From Fibrobacteria bacterium (GTDB taxonomy: Bacteria; Fibrobacterota; Fibrobacteria; UBA11236; JADFYW01): a stretch of 64,000 nt of DNA. Below the pieces are notes generated by a model. That model had not been told where the DNA came from, did no database searches, and saw only the letters and a list, made by a program, of their open reading frames with translations. The stretch's first letter is position 1. Every line of letters begins with the position of its first letter. Position numbers and translations under genes: made by a program. Shown here piece by piece: positions 34,910-44,849 of the stretch. The DNA is taken from positions 32,001 to 96,000 of the forward strand of contig JBNKOC010000028.1 of NCBI GenBank assembly GCA_050294405.1, in the 5' to 3' direction.

Positions 34910-35878
34910 ATGGAAACTCACATTGAAACTCCAAAAGTTTTCGAAGACTTAAAAAAAGAAATTTCAAAAGTTATCATTGGTCAGGAAGATGTTATTAAAC
35001 AATTGTTTATAGCTCTTCTGTGTAAAAGCCATGTACTTCTTGTGGGAGTTCCCGGGCTGGCAAAAACAACTTTAATCCAATCCTTTTCAGAATCTATTGA
35101 TTTAGATTACAACCGTATACAATTTACCCCTGATTTAATGCCCTCTGATATTACAGGAAACGAGTTGCTGCAGGAAAATAAAACTACAGGACAGAGAGAA
35201 TTAATTTTTCAAAAAGGTCCTATCTTTACCCAGATATTGTTAGCTGACGAAATAAACAGAACCCCCCCTAAAACTCAAGCTGCCTTATTGCAAGCCATGC
35301 AGGAAAAAAAGGTTTCTGTTTTTGGTAAAACTGAAATGCTAAGCTCTATTTTTATGGTGCTTGCCACTCAAAACCCCATCGAACAAGAGGGAACTTATCC
35401 CCTACCAGAAGCCCAATTAGACAGGTTTATATTCTCCATAAACATGGAATACCCATCCAAAGAAGAAGAAATCCAAATCGCTAAAAGATTTTCACAATCC
35501 CGTTTAGAAAAAATAAATCCTGTTTTAAATGCTGAAAAAATTCTCGAACTTCAAAATTCAGTTTTGAACACACCAGTATCGGACCATGTTTTCCAACACG
35601 CGGTAAATATTGTTAGAGCTACTCGTCCAAATACTCAAAATTCTAAAAAAATTGTAAACGATTTCGTGCAATGGGGTGCCGGCCCAAGAGCCTCTAATTT
35701 TTTAATCCTAGCTGCAAAAGCAAATGCACTTTTAGCCGGAAGACCCACTCCCACGGAAAAAGATATCAATGAAATGTTAATTCCTGCGTTAAATCATCGG
35801 ATTTTGCTTAATTTTCACGCAGAAGCAGAAGATATCACTGTGCAAAAACTTCTCGAAAAAATTTCCTCAGAATCTTAA
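34910..35878 (+). CDS. MoxR family AAA+ ATPase
   Basis: GVPGLAKT, RIQFTPDLMPSD, LADEINR, ATQNPIEQEGTYPLPEAQLDRF. Confidence 0.95.
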   Translation: METHIETPKVFEDLKKEISKVIIGQEDVIKQLFIALLCKSHVLLVGVPGLAKTTLIQSFSESIDLDYNRIQFTPDLMPSDITGNELLQENKTTGQRELIFQKGPIFTQILLADEINRTPPKTQAALLQAMQEKKVSVFGKTEMLSSIFMVLATQNPIEQEGTYPLPEAQLDRFIFSINMEYPSKEEEIQIAKRFSQSRLEKINPVLNAEKILELQNSVLNTPVSDHVFQHAVNIVRATRPNTQNSKKIVNDFVQWGAGPRASNFLILAAKANALLAGRPTPTEKDINEMLIPALNHRILLNFHAEAEDITVQKLLEKISSES

Positions 35879-36144
35879 AAATTTTTTACATATTCTTTGA
35901 AATTTATGTGGATTCTTTAAGATAAATCTTACTATAATCCTATAAGTTTTTAATATATGATGTGTTATACAAAAAAAAGTGAAAAAAAATTACCCACCTA
36001 GTGGCAAAATTTATTATATTAATTTAACCCCTTAAAATTTAACTTTAAGTGAAAAGTACAAATTTAAGCTTTTCCATAAATTACAGCATTAAGCATTTTG
36101 TTTAAAATACTGCAATTCTCTCACCCCTCAATAAGGAGCTTCAC

Positions 36145-37161
36145 TTGGCGGATACTACCATAACTTTAGAGGCACCTAAATCTTCTAAAAAAGCTAAAAA
36201 CGAAATTAGCTTTTATGATAATGTAGAATCCATTATCACAGATAAGGCAAAAGCAAAAAAGTCTAAAATTGTAAAAAAAGTGGTGAAGAAAAAAGTAATC
36301 CGCAAAGCTACAGAAAAACCAGTTAAATATATCCACGACGACAATACATTAGGTTTGTATTTAAAAGAAATATCTAAAACAAAATCACTGCCATCTTCAG
36401 AAGAAGCAATTCTAGCTGTTCGTATTAGAAATGGCGATAGAAAATCTTTAAACAAACTTATTAGAGCTAACCTGAAGTTTGTTGTGTCTGTTTGTAAAAA
36501 CTATCAAAACCAAGGTCTGCCTTTATCTGATTTAATCAATGAAGGCAATTTAGGCTTAATTAGAGCTGCAAAAAGATTCGATGAGACCAAACACTTTAAA
36601 TTTATTTCTTACGCTGTATGGTGGGTAAGACAAGCCATATTACAAAGTTTAGCTGAACACTCCCGAATTATAAAACTCCCTCCAAATCGCGTAGGCACCA
36701 TTCATAAATTGGGCAAATCCATGGCTTCATTAGAACAAAAACTAGGCCGTACTCCCACTTTAAATGAATTGTCAAAGTCCCTAAGCCTAAAAGAAACAGA
36801 AATACAAGACGTTATTAAAATAAGCAATCCTTATATGTCTTTAGACGCTCCCATTCAAAAAGGAGAAGAGAGTAAACTTATAGATATCTTAAAAGATGAA
36901 ACCCTCGAAAGCCCAGAGGAAAACGTACTTAAATCTGCTTTAAACAAAGAGGTAATGACTGTTCTAAGCACTTTGGATGAAAAAGAAAAAGAAGTTGTAA
37001 AACTGTACTTTGGTATAGGAGTAGATACTGCTTACACCTTAGAAGAAATTGGGCAAAAGTTTAATCTAACTCGTGAAAGAGTTCGGCAGATTAAAGAAAA
37101 AGCAATAAAACGTTTAAAGCACTCATCTCGTTCAAAGAAGCTATTGCTTTTTAAAGTTTAA
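36145..37161 (+). CDS. RNA polymerase sigma-70 factor, RpoD/SigA-like, no region 1.1, Lys-rich N-terminus
   Basis: DLINEGNLGLIRAAKRFD, FKFISYAVWWVRQ, TLEEIG...TRERVRQI; AAGGAG RBS before TTG. Confidence 0.9.
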   Translation: MADTTITLEAPKSSKKAKNEISFYDNVESIITDKAKAKKSKIVKKVVKKKVIRKATEKPVKYIHDDNTLGLYLKEISKTKSLPSSEEAILAVRIRNGDRKSLNKLIRANLKFVVSVCKNYQNQGLPLSDLINEGNLGLIRAAKRFDETKHFKFISYAVWWVRQAILQSLAEHSRIIKLPPNRVGTIHKLGKSMASLEQKLGRTPTLNELSKSLSLKETEIQDVIKISNPYMSLDAPIQKGEESKLIDILKDETLESPEENVLKSALNKEVMTVLSTLDEKEKEVVKLYFGIGVDTAYTLEEIGQKFNLTRERVRQIKEKAIKRLKHSSRSKKLLLFKV

Positions 37162-37490
37162 AACTTTCCCCTATATATTAATAATCATTTTAAAATTATA
37201 AATTCCTAGTATATATTAGGGGTTTTAATATGCGTTGAAAAGAATATTAAAAATACGCAAGTATAAATTTTTAAAGCGTATACATTACTTAATTAATGTG
37301 AATCCAATCCATAAAAAGTTAAAACTTATTCTGTTGAGAGCTGTGGATATAAGTTAAAAGAGGAAATAAAAAGTTTTTAGCTAATTAATTCACAAAATCA
37401 TTTAACAGAAATTGTTGAGAAAAGCAGATGGAATAGTTTTACACAAACTACTCTTAGCTTGCAAAATAAATTGTGGACAAAGGTTAAAAA
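37162..37490. other. Candidate replication origin (oriC)
   Basis: 329-bp AT-rich gap between convergent genes with DnaA-box-like 9-mers at 37342, 37386, 37437, 37472 and weaker ones at 37297, 37332, 37413. Confidence 0.55.
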
Positions 37491-38705
37491 CTAAAAGAAG
37501 CGTTTAAGAGTTTCTAATAAATCAGAAACAATCTTTACTCCACCCACCCAGGTGCCAACCATACTTCCTAAACCTGGCAGAATAAAACACAGTAAAATTC
37601 TTAAAAACTTGTTTTTCCACCAGTTTGAAAACTTATGGAAATCATCAGAAACGGTTTCTAATTCTTTAACTATAGGAGGGGCGAACATGACCTGCACAAA
37701 AGCTGTAACATAGCCTGCTCCAATTAGGGGGGTTAAAGAGGTAATAGGAGCGGCAACAAAGGCGGCTAAAATAGTTATGGGGTGGGCAAAAGCTAAAAGA
37801 GCCCCTAGGGAACAAAAAATACCGTTAGCTAAAATCCAGTAGAGGATATTTTCTCCGGCAACCTTTGGGCCTTCAAAATAAGTTAATAAAGCCAATCCCA
37901 AAACAATAGTTGCGGGAATAAGCCAACCCAAGGATTTTGAAAAGAGACTTGGATTTGGAATTTTTTCGATTTCCTCAAGTTGATGTCGGTTGTCTTCGTA
38001 TAGACGTTTTTTAATACCTTCTATGTGGCCAGCACCTAAAACAGCCAACTTCTTTTTACCTTCGGAGGCTTTTATTTTTTCTGCTAAATAAATATCCCGC
38101 TCATCTATTAAAACGGATTTCACTTCAGGCAAAGCCTTACCTAATTCACCCATTACTTCTGTTAAGTAATCTTTTTGCCTCAATACTTTTAAATCAGATT
38201 CAGATATTTGAGTTTTATCGAAAAAACTTCCAAAGATATTGGCGATAAGTAAGGATTTTTTAAAAAAAGGAGACTTTCTCCAAGCCCTTTTTAAAGTGGT
38301 CCTTGCATCTCTGTCGCAAAGAGCAAAAGGTATATTATTCTCTTTAGATACATTGTAACCTTCTAAAAGCTCAGATCCTGGTTGCGTACCCGTATTTAAA
38401 CCCAATTTTTTTTGGTAAGAGGATAACATTAAGTTTACTATTAAAGTAGCTAGTTGTTTTTTCTTAATAATTTCGAGGATGTTTAAGGATTCCCACTTCT
38501 TTTTTTGAGTGAGTGAGTTTAAACGATTTTCATCCAGTTCTAAACAAACCACATCTGGTTTTTCTTCTTTAATAGTACTGGAAACAACTTCTACGGACTC
38601 CTGGCTAATGTGCGCGGTGCCAATTAGAATATACTCTACACCGGATATTTCCAGTTTATGAATATCCGAATCTACCACAGTTTGCTCAGCTGAATTTTCA
38701 CTCAT
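37491..38705 (-). CDS. TraB/PrgY (pheromone shutdown) family protein
   Basis: IGTAHIS, VCLELD, LIDERD, VLGAGH, C-terminal TM region. Confidence 0.88.
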   Translation of the reverse strand: MSENSAEQTVVDSDIHKLEISGVEYILIGTAHISQESVEVVSSTIKEEKPDVVCLELDENRLNSLTQKKKWESLNILEIIKKKQLATLIVNLMLSSYQKKLGLNTGTQPGSELLEGYNVSKENNIPFALCDRDARTTLKRAWRKSPFFKKSLLIANIFGSFFDKTQISESDLKVLRQKDYLTEVMGELGKALPEVKSVLIDERDIYLAEKIKASEGKKKLAVLGAGHIEGIKKRLYEDNRHQLEEIEKIPNPSLFSKSLGWLIPATIVLGLALLTYFEGPKVAGENILYWILANGIFCSLGALLAFAHPITILAAFVAAPITSLTPLIGAGYVTAFVQVMFAPPIVKELETVSDDFHKFSNWWKNKFLRILLCFILPGLGSMVGTWVGGVKIVSDLLETLKRFF

Positions 38706-38706
38706 A

Positions 38707-40140
38707 TTACAGTTCTTTAATTTTATTAATGATGTTTGAAGTGCTTAATCCAGGCACAAGATTTACTACATGGATAACACCCTTCCCTTTTTTAACAATA
38801 TCAGCCTCAATGCAATTTTTACCGTATTCAGAACCATTAACATGGACATGGGGGAAAACTTCGGATAAAAATTTAATAGGATTATCTTCTTTAAAAACAT
38901 GCACATAATCTACATATTCTAAAGCTAACAGCATTTTTGCCCGGTTGTTTTCATCTACAATAGGACGTTTTGGCCCTTTATATTTTTTGACACTTGAATC
39001 GCTGTTTAAACCAATAAGTAAAACATCTCCCTGATTTTTAGCCTCTTTTAAAATTTCCAAATGACCCGCGTGAAGTAAGTCGAAGCTACCATTGATTGTT
39101 ACAATAGTTTTACCCATTTGCTTTAAATTTTTAGACCAGTTTTTGAGTTGGCTTCGGGCTAAAATCCGGGAACCTGCATTTTGCTCAAATTCTATTTCTT
39201 CAGGGCTAACTACATCGGTCCCATGTTTAGCAACTACAATTCCTGCAGCTGCATTTGCAAACTTCAAACTATCAAAAATAGAATGGGATGCACCTAAACC
39301 AAGGGCAAAAGCTGCCACAACAGTATCTCCAGCACCAGAAACATCAAAAACTTCTTTGGCAGCCGTAGGTAAATGAAACCTTTCTTTTTTGTTTTTAGAA
39401 AAATAAAAAAGGCCTCTTGGACCTAAAGTTAACACAACATTGCTTTTTAGTTTTTTAGATATTTCTAAAGCCAATTTTTCTGTAGAGTTTTCAGGAGTTT
39501 TTTCCGGAAGAAAGCCTGACATTTCACAAGCCTCTTTCCAGTTAGGCGTAATAAAATCGCATCCAACATAATAGCTCCAATGTTGGGGACGGGGATCTAC
39601 AATAACCGGGATTTTATTTTTTTTTGCAAGTTGTATTAATTTTTTACAGAGTATTTTAGAGAAAAATCCTTTTGCGTAGTCCGAAAAAACCAAACAATCC
39701 AGGCCGAATATTTCTTTTTCTAACTGAGAGTAAATTTGGTTTTCAATCTCCGGAGAAAGCGCTTGAATATTTTCAAAATCTACCCGTACCACTTGCTGAG
39801 ATTGTCCGATAACCCTTGTTTTTTTTATGGTTGGAGCAGATGTATAAAAAGGTCTTAGTTGTATTTTTTTTTCTTTGCAAAGTTTTTTAAAATAATCAGC
39901 CTCAAAATCTTTTCCCAAGGCCCCCATTAAAAGCACTTTTCCACCCAAAGAAACTATGTTAGCAGCTGTATTTGCAGCTCCACCCAAAACCTGATATCGC
40001 TTGGAAACAGCTACAATGGGAACAGGTGCTTCAGGAGAAATACGGTGGCTTGACCCCTCCAAATATTCGTCCAGCATTAAATCGCCCAGGACGCCTATTT
40101 TTTTAGCCTTAATCTGGCTTAGTAATTTTGCAAAAGACAT
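38707..40140 (-). CDS. hldE: Bifunctional heptose-7-phosphate kinase / heptose-1-phosphate adenylyltransferase
   Basis: GDLMLDEY, RISPEAPVP, DVSGAGDT, NGSFDLLHAGH. Confidence 0.93.
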   Translation of the reverse strand: MSFAKLLSQIKAKKIGVLGDLMLDEYLEGSSHRISPEAPVPIVAVSKRYQVLGGAANTAANIVSLGGKVLLMGALGKDFEADYFKKLCKEKKIQLRPFYTSAPTIKKTRVIGQSQQVVRVDFENIQALSPEIENQIYSQLEKEIFGLDCLVFSDYAKGFFSKILCKKLIQLAKKNKIPVIVDPRPQHWSYYVGCDFITPNWKEACEMSGFLPEKTPENSTEKLALEISKKLKSNVVLTLGPRGLFYFSKNKKERFHLPTAAKEVFDVSGAGDTVVAAFALGLGASHSIFDSLKFANAAAGIVVAKHGTDVVSPEEIEFEQNAGSRILARSQLKNWSKNLKQMGKTIVTINGSFDLLHAGHLEILKEAKNQGDVLLIGLNSDSSVKKYKGPKRPIVDENNRAKMLLALEYVDYVHVFKEDNPIKFLSEVFPHVHVNGSEYGKNCIEADIVKKGKGVIHVVNLVPGLSTSNIINKIKEL

Positions 40141-40343
40141 ATATGGAAGCCAATTTAGTTTTCCCGGGTCAGATCAAAAACCCAAATTTGCCTAATTTTT
40201 GCACTTTTTGAAAGAAGCTATTAAACTGCCATTATAAAAAGCAAAATTTATGGGTTTTTTAAAATAATTCATTAAATTTTTAGCCTTAGGTTGTTTTTAA
40301 TACCTGTTACTTTTCACAATTGCTTTAACCTTTTTACGATTCA

Positions 40344-42644
40344 ATGGACACAAACAAATTAATTGCAAGCGAACTGAAACTTTCTGAAAAACAAGTCAGT
40401 AATGTTATTGATCTTTTGGAAAGTGGCGCCACTATTCCCTTTATTGCTCGCTACCGAAAAGAAAAAACCGATTCTTTAGACGAGGAAAAAATTGCCTTAA
40501 TTCAAACGAAACACGAATATTTTGTTGAATTGAAGGAAAGAAAAGAGGCAATACTCAAAAGAATACAAGCTCAAAATAAGCTCAGTGATAGCCTTAAGAA
40601 AAAAATCGAAGAAACTTTTGATAGAGTTGCGCTGGAAGATCTTTACGAACCCTATAAAATCAAAAAGAAAACCAAAGCACAGGCTGCCCGGGAAAAGGGT
40701 TTGGAACCTTTGTCTGAACTGTTTTTAAATCAGGAAGAAGAAGATTTAGAAAAATTGGCAACTCCCTTTATAAGTGAAGAAAAAGCTGTTAAAACAGCAA
40801 TTGAAGCTATTGACGGAGCCATGAACATTCTTGCAGAACAAATTGCAGAAAATTTTGAGTGGAAAAGTTATCTGCGAGAAAAAGAGCAAAAATCCTCACT
40901 ATTAAAAAGCGTAGTGGCGGAAAAAGACTCCGAAAAGAAAACCAAATTTGAAATGTACTACGACTATTCTGAAAAAACCTCTACCATACCATCTCACAGG
41001 GTTTTAGCCATTCGCCGGGGAGAGAAAGACGGTATTTTGAAAACATCAATTGAAATGGCTGACGAAGAAAACATCAATTACTTAAAGGAAAAGTTTTTAA
41101 AAGCTAATTTTAAAACTCATGCTCGTTATGTTACTATGGTGGAAGACAGTTATTACCGTCTTATCCGTCCATCCATAGAAAACGAAATCCGCAACCAATT
41201 GAAAAAGCAAGCTGATGAAGAAGCTTTTAAGGTTTTCAGCAAAAACCTTCGGAACATTTTATTATCAGCTCCAGCCGGCCACAAGGTTATTATGGGTGTG
41301 GATCCAGGTTTCCGTAGCGGCACTAAACTGGCTGTAATTGATAAAACAGGAAAATTTTTAGAACAAAGCACGATTTATCCAGTAATGCCTCAAAATCAAG
41401 TGGAAGCATCGAAAACCATTTTATTGGCTATGATTGAAAAGTTTAATGTGGAAATTATTGCCATTGGAAATGGAACAGCCTCCAGAGAAATAGATGAATT
41501 TGTGGGTAACAGCATTAAGGAAATGGAAAAACCTCCCATTAAAATGGTGGTGAATGAATCGGGTGCCTCGGTGTACTCAGCCTCTGCAGAGGCCCGGAAA
41601 GAATTCCCCGATTTGGATGTATTGATTCGGGGAGCTATTTCTATTGCTAGAAGAGTACAAGACCCCCTTTCAGAGTTTGTAAAAATAGAGCCAAAATCCA
41701 TTGGAGTTGGCCAATACCAACACGATGTAAATCAAAGCGAACTTAAAAAGCGTTTGGACTTGGTAGTGGAATCCTGCGTAAACTCTGTAGGTGTCGATTT
41801 AAATACCGCTTCTGAGTCCCTATTAAAACATGTTTCCGGTATTTCCAGTTCTCTGGCTAAAGCTATTGTAATGTACCGGGACAAACACGGGCACTTTAAA
41901 TCCAGAGCCAGCATGGTAAAAGTTCCTCAGTTTGGACCTAAATCTTTTGAGCAGGCTGCGGGGTTTTTGAGAGTGATTAATTCAGAAAACCCTTTGGATG
42001 GGACAGCAGTTCATCCGGAATCTTATGGAATAGTCACAAGTATTTGTGAAAAAGAGAGCATTGAACTCCCTAAATTAATTGGGAATAAAGATGTAATTCA
42101 AAAAATTGATTTTACCCAGTATACCAGCCCTTTAATTGGTTTACCTACCCTCATGGATATAAAAGGTGAATTAGAACAACCAGCCCGAGATCCTCGGCGT
42201 GAGTTCAGCTACGCCCAGTTCAATCCAAAAATTAAAAATATGGAAGACTTGGTGGTGGGAGACTGGGTGGAAGCTGCGGTCACTAATGTCACAGACTTTG
42301 GTGTGTTTGTGGATTTGGGCGTCCATCAGGATGGGATGATCCATATTTCTGAGTTGGGGGCTAAATACAACAAAAATCTGCAAGAGGAATTTTTACCTGG
42401 AAAAATTTTAAAGGTAAGAGTTTTGGCCGTTCAAATGGAGCCAAAAAGGATTTCCCTATCCTTAAAACAACCTGGTGAAGCCAAAAAATTTAGCCAGGGA
42501 AAAAAAGGAAAATTCCAACGGAAAAAAAGGTCTCATGCCACGCTGGATCAGTTGAAGGCCAAGTTTGATGGAAAGTCTAAAGAAAAATCAAATAACGTTA
42601 AACTGAAAATTTCCATCAAATCCATTATGAAAAGTGGCAGATAA
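40344..42644 (+). CDS. tex: Tex-family RNA-binding transcription accessory protein
   Basis: TIPFIARYRKE, DPGFRSG, ESGASVYSAS, IGVGQYQHD, S1 domain. Confidence 0.93.
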   Translation: MDTNKLIASELKLSEKQVSNVIDLLESGATIPFIARYRKEKTDSLDEEKIALIQTKHEYFVELKERKEAILKRIQAQNKLSDSLKKKIEETFDRVALEDLYEPYKIKKKTKAQAAREKGLEPLSELFLNQEEEDLEKLATPFISEEKAVKTAIEAIDGAMNILAEQIAENFEWKSYLREKEQKSSLLKSVVAEKDSEKKTKFEMYYDYSEKTSTIPSHRVLAIRRGEKDGILKTSIEMADEENINYLKEKFLKANFKTHARYVTMVEDSYYRLIRPSIENEIRNQLKKQADEEAFKVFSKNLRNILLSAPAGHKVIMGVDPGFRSGTKLAVIDKTGKFLEQSTIYPVMPQNQVEASKTILLAMIEKFNVEIIAIGNGTASREIDEFVGNSIKEMEKPPIKMVVNESGASVYSASAEARKEFPDLDVLIRGAISIARRVQDPLSEFVKIEPKSIGVGQYQHDVNQSELKKRLDLVVESCVNSVGVDLNTASESLLKHVSGISSSLAKAIVMYRDKHGHFKSRASMVKVPQFGPKSFEQAAGFLRVINSENPLDGTAVHPESYGIVTSICEKESIELPKLIGNKDVIQKIDFTQYTSPLIGLPTLMDIKGELEQPARDPRREFSYAQFNPKIKNMEDLVVGDWVEAAVTNVTDFGVFVDLGVHQDGMIHISELGAKYNKNLQEEFLPGKILKVRVLAVQMEPKRISLSLKQPGEAKKFSQGKKGKFQRKKRSHATLDQLKAKFDGKSKEKSNNVKLKISIKSIMKSGR

Positions 42645-42676
42645 ATTGCCACCAAATTTATTTCTGGTTAAATTTG
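42645..42676 (+). promoter_or_regulatory. Putative -33/-7 promoter of tRNA-Met
   Basis: ATTG-N20-TAAATTTG, 13 nt before the tRNA. Confidence 0.65.
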
Positions 42677-42689
42677 GGGAGCTTTTTTT

Positions 42690-42763
42690 GGCGGCTTAGC
42701 TCAGTTGGTTAGAGCAATGGAATCATAATCCATGTGTCCGGGGTTCGAATCCCTGAGCCGCTA
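42690..42763 (+). tRNA. tRNA-Met(CAT), probably elongator; CCA not encoded
   Basis: GGCGGCTTAGCTCAGTTGGTTAGAGC...ATCATAA...GGGTTCGAATCCC...AGCCGCTA; anticodon stem lacks the three G-C pairs of initiator tRNA. Confidence 0.93.
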
Positions 42764-42852
42764 TAAAAAAAGCCGAAACGAATATTTTTGGTTGGATTAA
42801 CCAAGACTTTACTTAATTTTTTTAATCTTTGGCGAAAACGGTAGAGGAAGAA

Positions 42853-43641
42853 ATGCTTCTTGAAGGTAAAAAAGGGATAATTTTAGGGGTAGCTAACGCA
42901 AGAAGCATTGCTTGGGGCATAGCCCAATCTTTGACTGAACATGGTGCACAAATTTGTTACAGCTACCAAAATGAACGCCTACGCCCTAATCTTGAAAAAT
43001 TATTGGAAGGTCAGGCTGAAAAACACATGTTTGAATGCGATGTTAGCAGCTCTGAATCCATTGAAAATTTGGTAAAAGAGGTAGAGGCAAAATTTGGGGA
43101 GCTGGATTTTCTTGTTCATTCCCTTGCTTATGCCGATAAAAATGATCTTGAGAATAAATTTGTAAATACATCCAAAGAAAATTTTTTAAAGTCATTGGAT
43201 ATCAGCGCTTATTCTTTAGTGGAACTGTCCCGAAGTTTTTCCCCTATTCTTAAAGATGGCGGTTCAATTATTGCCCTTACTTTTTTGGGTTCCGAAAAAA
43301 CGGTGGTGAACTACAATACAATGGGTGTTTCTAAAGCGGCTTTAGAGGCTGCTGTGCGGTATTTAGCCGTTGATTTTGGAAAAAGAGCTATAAGAGTAAA
43401 TGCTATTTCAGCTGGCCCTATCCAAACCCTTGCCGCTCGCGGTATTCGTGATTTTTCTTTGTTGCATAAAATACACCCTACTCTTGCACCTTTAGGCAGA
43501 GCCACAACTCTTAAAGATGTGGGTGGGGCAGCGACATTTTTGGTAAGCGAATTAAGTTCAGGGATCACTTCCGAAGTTATGTATGTGGACGCCGGGTTTC
43601 ATAATGTTGCCGTGGGCTCCATGGAAGCATACAATCTTTAA
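42853..43641 (+). CDS. fabI: Enoyl-ACP reductase
   Basis: GVANARSIAWGIA, YNTMGVSK, RVNAISAGPI. Confidence 0.95.
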   Translation: MLLEGKKGIILGVANARSIAWGIAQSLTEHGAQICYSYQNERLRPNLEKLLEGQAEKHMFECDVSSSESIENLVKEVEAKFGELDFLVHSLAYADKNDLENKFVNTSKENFLKSLDISAYSLVELSRSFSPILKDGGSIIALTFLGSEKTVVNYNTMGVSKAALEAAVRYLAVDFGKRAIRVNAISAGPIQTLAARGIRDFSLLHKIHPTLAPLGRATTLKDVGGAATFLVSELSSGITSEVMYVDAGFHNVAVGSMEAYNL

Positions 43642-43674
43642 AATTGGGACAATAAATTTGTCTTGGGGATCTAT

Positions 43675-44793
43675 ATGAAGTTCGAATCAAAAAAAGCCAT
43701 CCTGCTTGACGCTCTGCAAACCGCCCATAGCGCGATTCCCAGTAAAACCACTTTGCAAATACTAAACAACTTTTTGTTTGTTTTAAAAGGCAATCAGCTG
43801 GAAATAACAGCCACAGATTTGGACCTATCCATTGTAATTGATGTGGAAGTGGAAGGCAGCAAAGACGGAAGTATTGTTGTGAACGCCAAAAAGTTTTTAG
43901 AAGTGATTCGCGAACTTCCTGACTTACCTGTTATCTGTGCAGTGGACGATTATGTGGTTACAATAAAGTCCGAAACAGGTTTCCAATGTAATATTGCTGG
44001 TTTTGATGCTAGCGAATATCCTGGCCTTCCCTCCAATGAAGAGGCAAGCTCATTTGAAATTTCTTCTGCGAACTTAAAAGAACTATTCGACAAATCCTCT
44101 TTTGCAGTTTCCACAGATTTTACCACCCGTATTTCTCTTACTGGAGTTTACTGGCAGGGTAAAGACAACAACATTTTAATGGTGGGAACCGATGGGCACC
44201 GCTTGGGAAAAAGCTGGCTGGAAGGCCCCAATGCAGGTATAGAAAAAGGAATTATCTTACCGCCTCGCTCTGTAAATCAGGTCCTTAAAACCTCCACAGG
44301 CAGCGATACCCCCATTCAAGTAGAGGTTGGGGAAGCCAGCGTAAAATTTCAATCCGGTTCCATAACCATATACTCCAAACTAATTGAAGGTCCCTACCCC
44401 GATTATGAAAAGGTGGTTCCCAAAGAACTTTCAAAGGTAATGAAAGTAAATCGAGAAGAGTTGATATCTGTTTTGAGAAGGGTGGCTACCATGGCCCACT
44501 CAAAAACTAAGCAGGTTAAATTCAGCCTCTCTCAGGGTTCTTTATTACTTTCCGCAAAAAACCAGGATATTGGTGGAGACTCTGAAGAAGCTTTAGCCGC
44601 CGAATACGACGGTAAAGAAATAGCTATTGGTTTTAATGCTTCTTATGTTTTGGAAGTGCTTCGGCTCATTGAATCTGATGAAATTTTCATCAAATTTAAT
44701 TCCAATTTAGGGGCAACGCTTTTTGAGCCAGCTTCTGAAAATAGCCACTACTTTTTTATCGTAATGCCCCTTCGTCTTTTAGACGACGAATAA
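43675..44793 (+). CDS. dnaN: DNA polymerase III beta clamp
   Basis: ATDLD, GTDGHRL, LIEGPYPDY, GFNASY, VMPLRL. Confidence 0.96.
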   Translation: MKFESKKAILLDALQTAHSAIPSKTTLQILNNFLFVLKGNQLEITATDLDLSIVIDVEVEGSKDGSIVVNAKKFLEVIRELPDLPVICAVDDYVVTIKSETGFQCNIAGFDASEYPGLPSNEEASSFEISSANLKELFDKSSFAVSTDFTTRISLTGVYWQGKDNNILMVGTDGHRLGKSWLEGPNAGIEKGIILPPRSVNQVLKTSTGSDTPIQVEVGEASVKFQSGSITIYSKLIEGPYPDYEKVVPKELSKVMKVNREELISVLRRVATMAHSKTKQVKFSLSQGSLLLSAKNQDIGGDSEEALAAEYDGKEIAIGFNASYVLEVLRLIESDEIFIKFNSNLGATLFEPASENSHYFFIVMPLRLLDDE

Positions 44794-44849
44794 GACCTAA
44801 AACCGTATAAATCTTGCTTTTACAACAAGGGCTGTACTAATATGAGAGT

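Noticed and set aside
35879..36144. Second half of a bipartite origin upstream of the sigma gene
   Set aside because: AT-rich but only poor box matches (e.g. TGTGGATTC at 35907); adequately explained as a promoter region
42690..42830. tRNA as an island integration site
   Set aside because: No integrase and no duplicated tRNA 3' end noticed; neighbours are core genes
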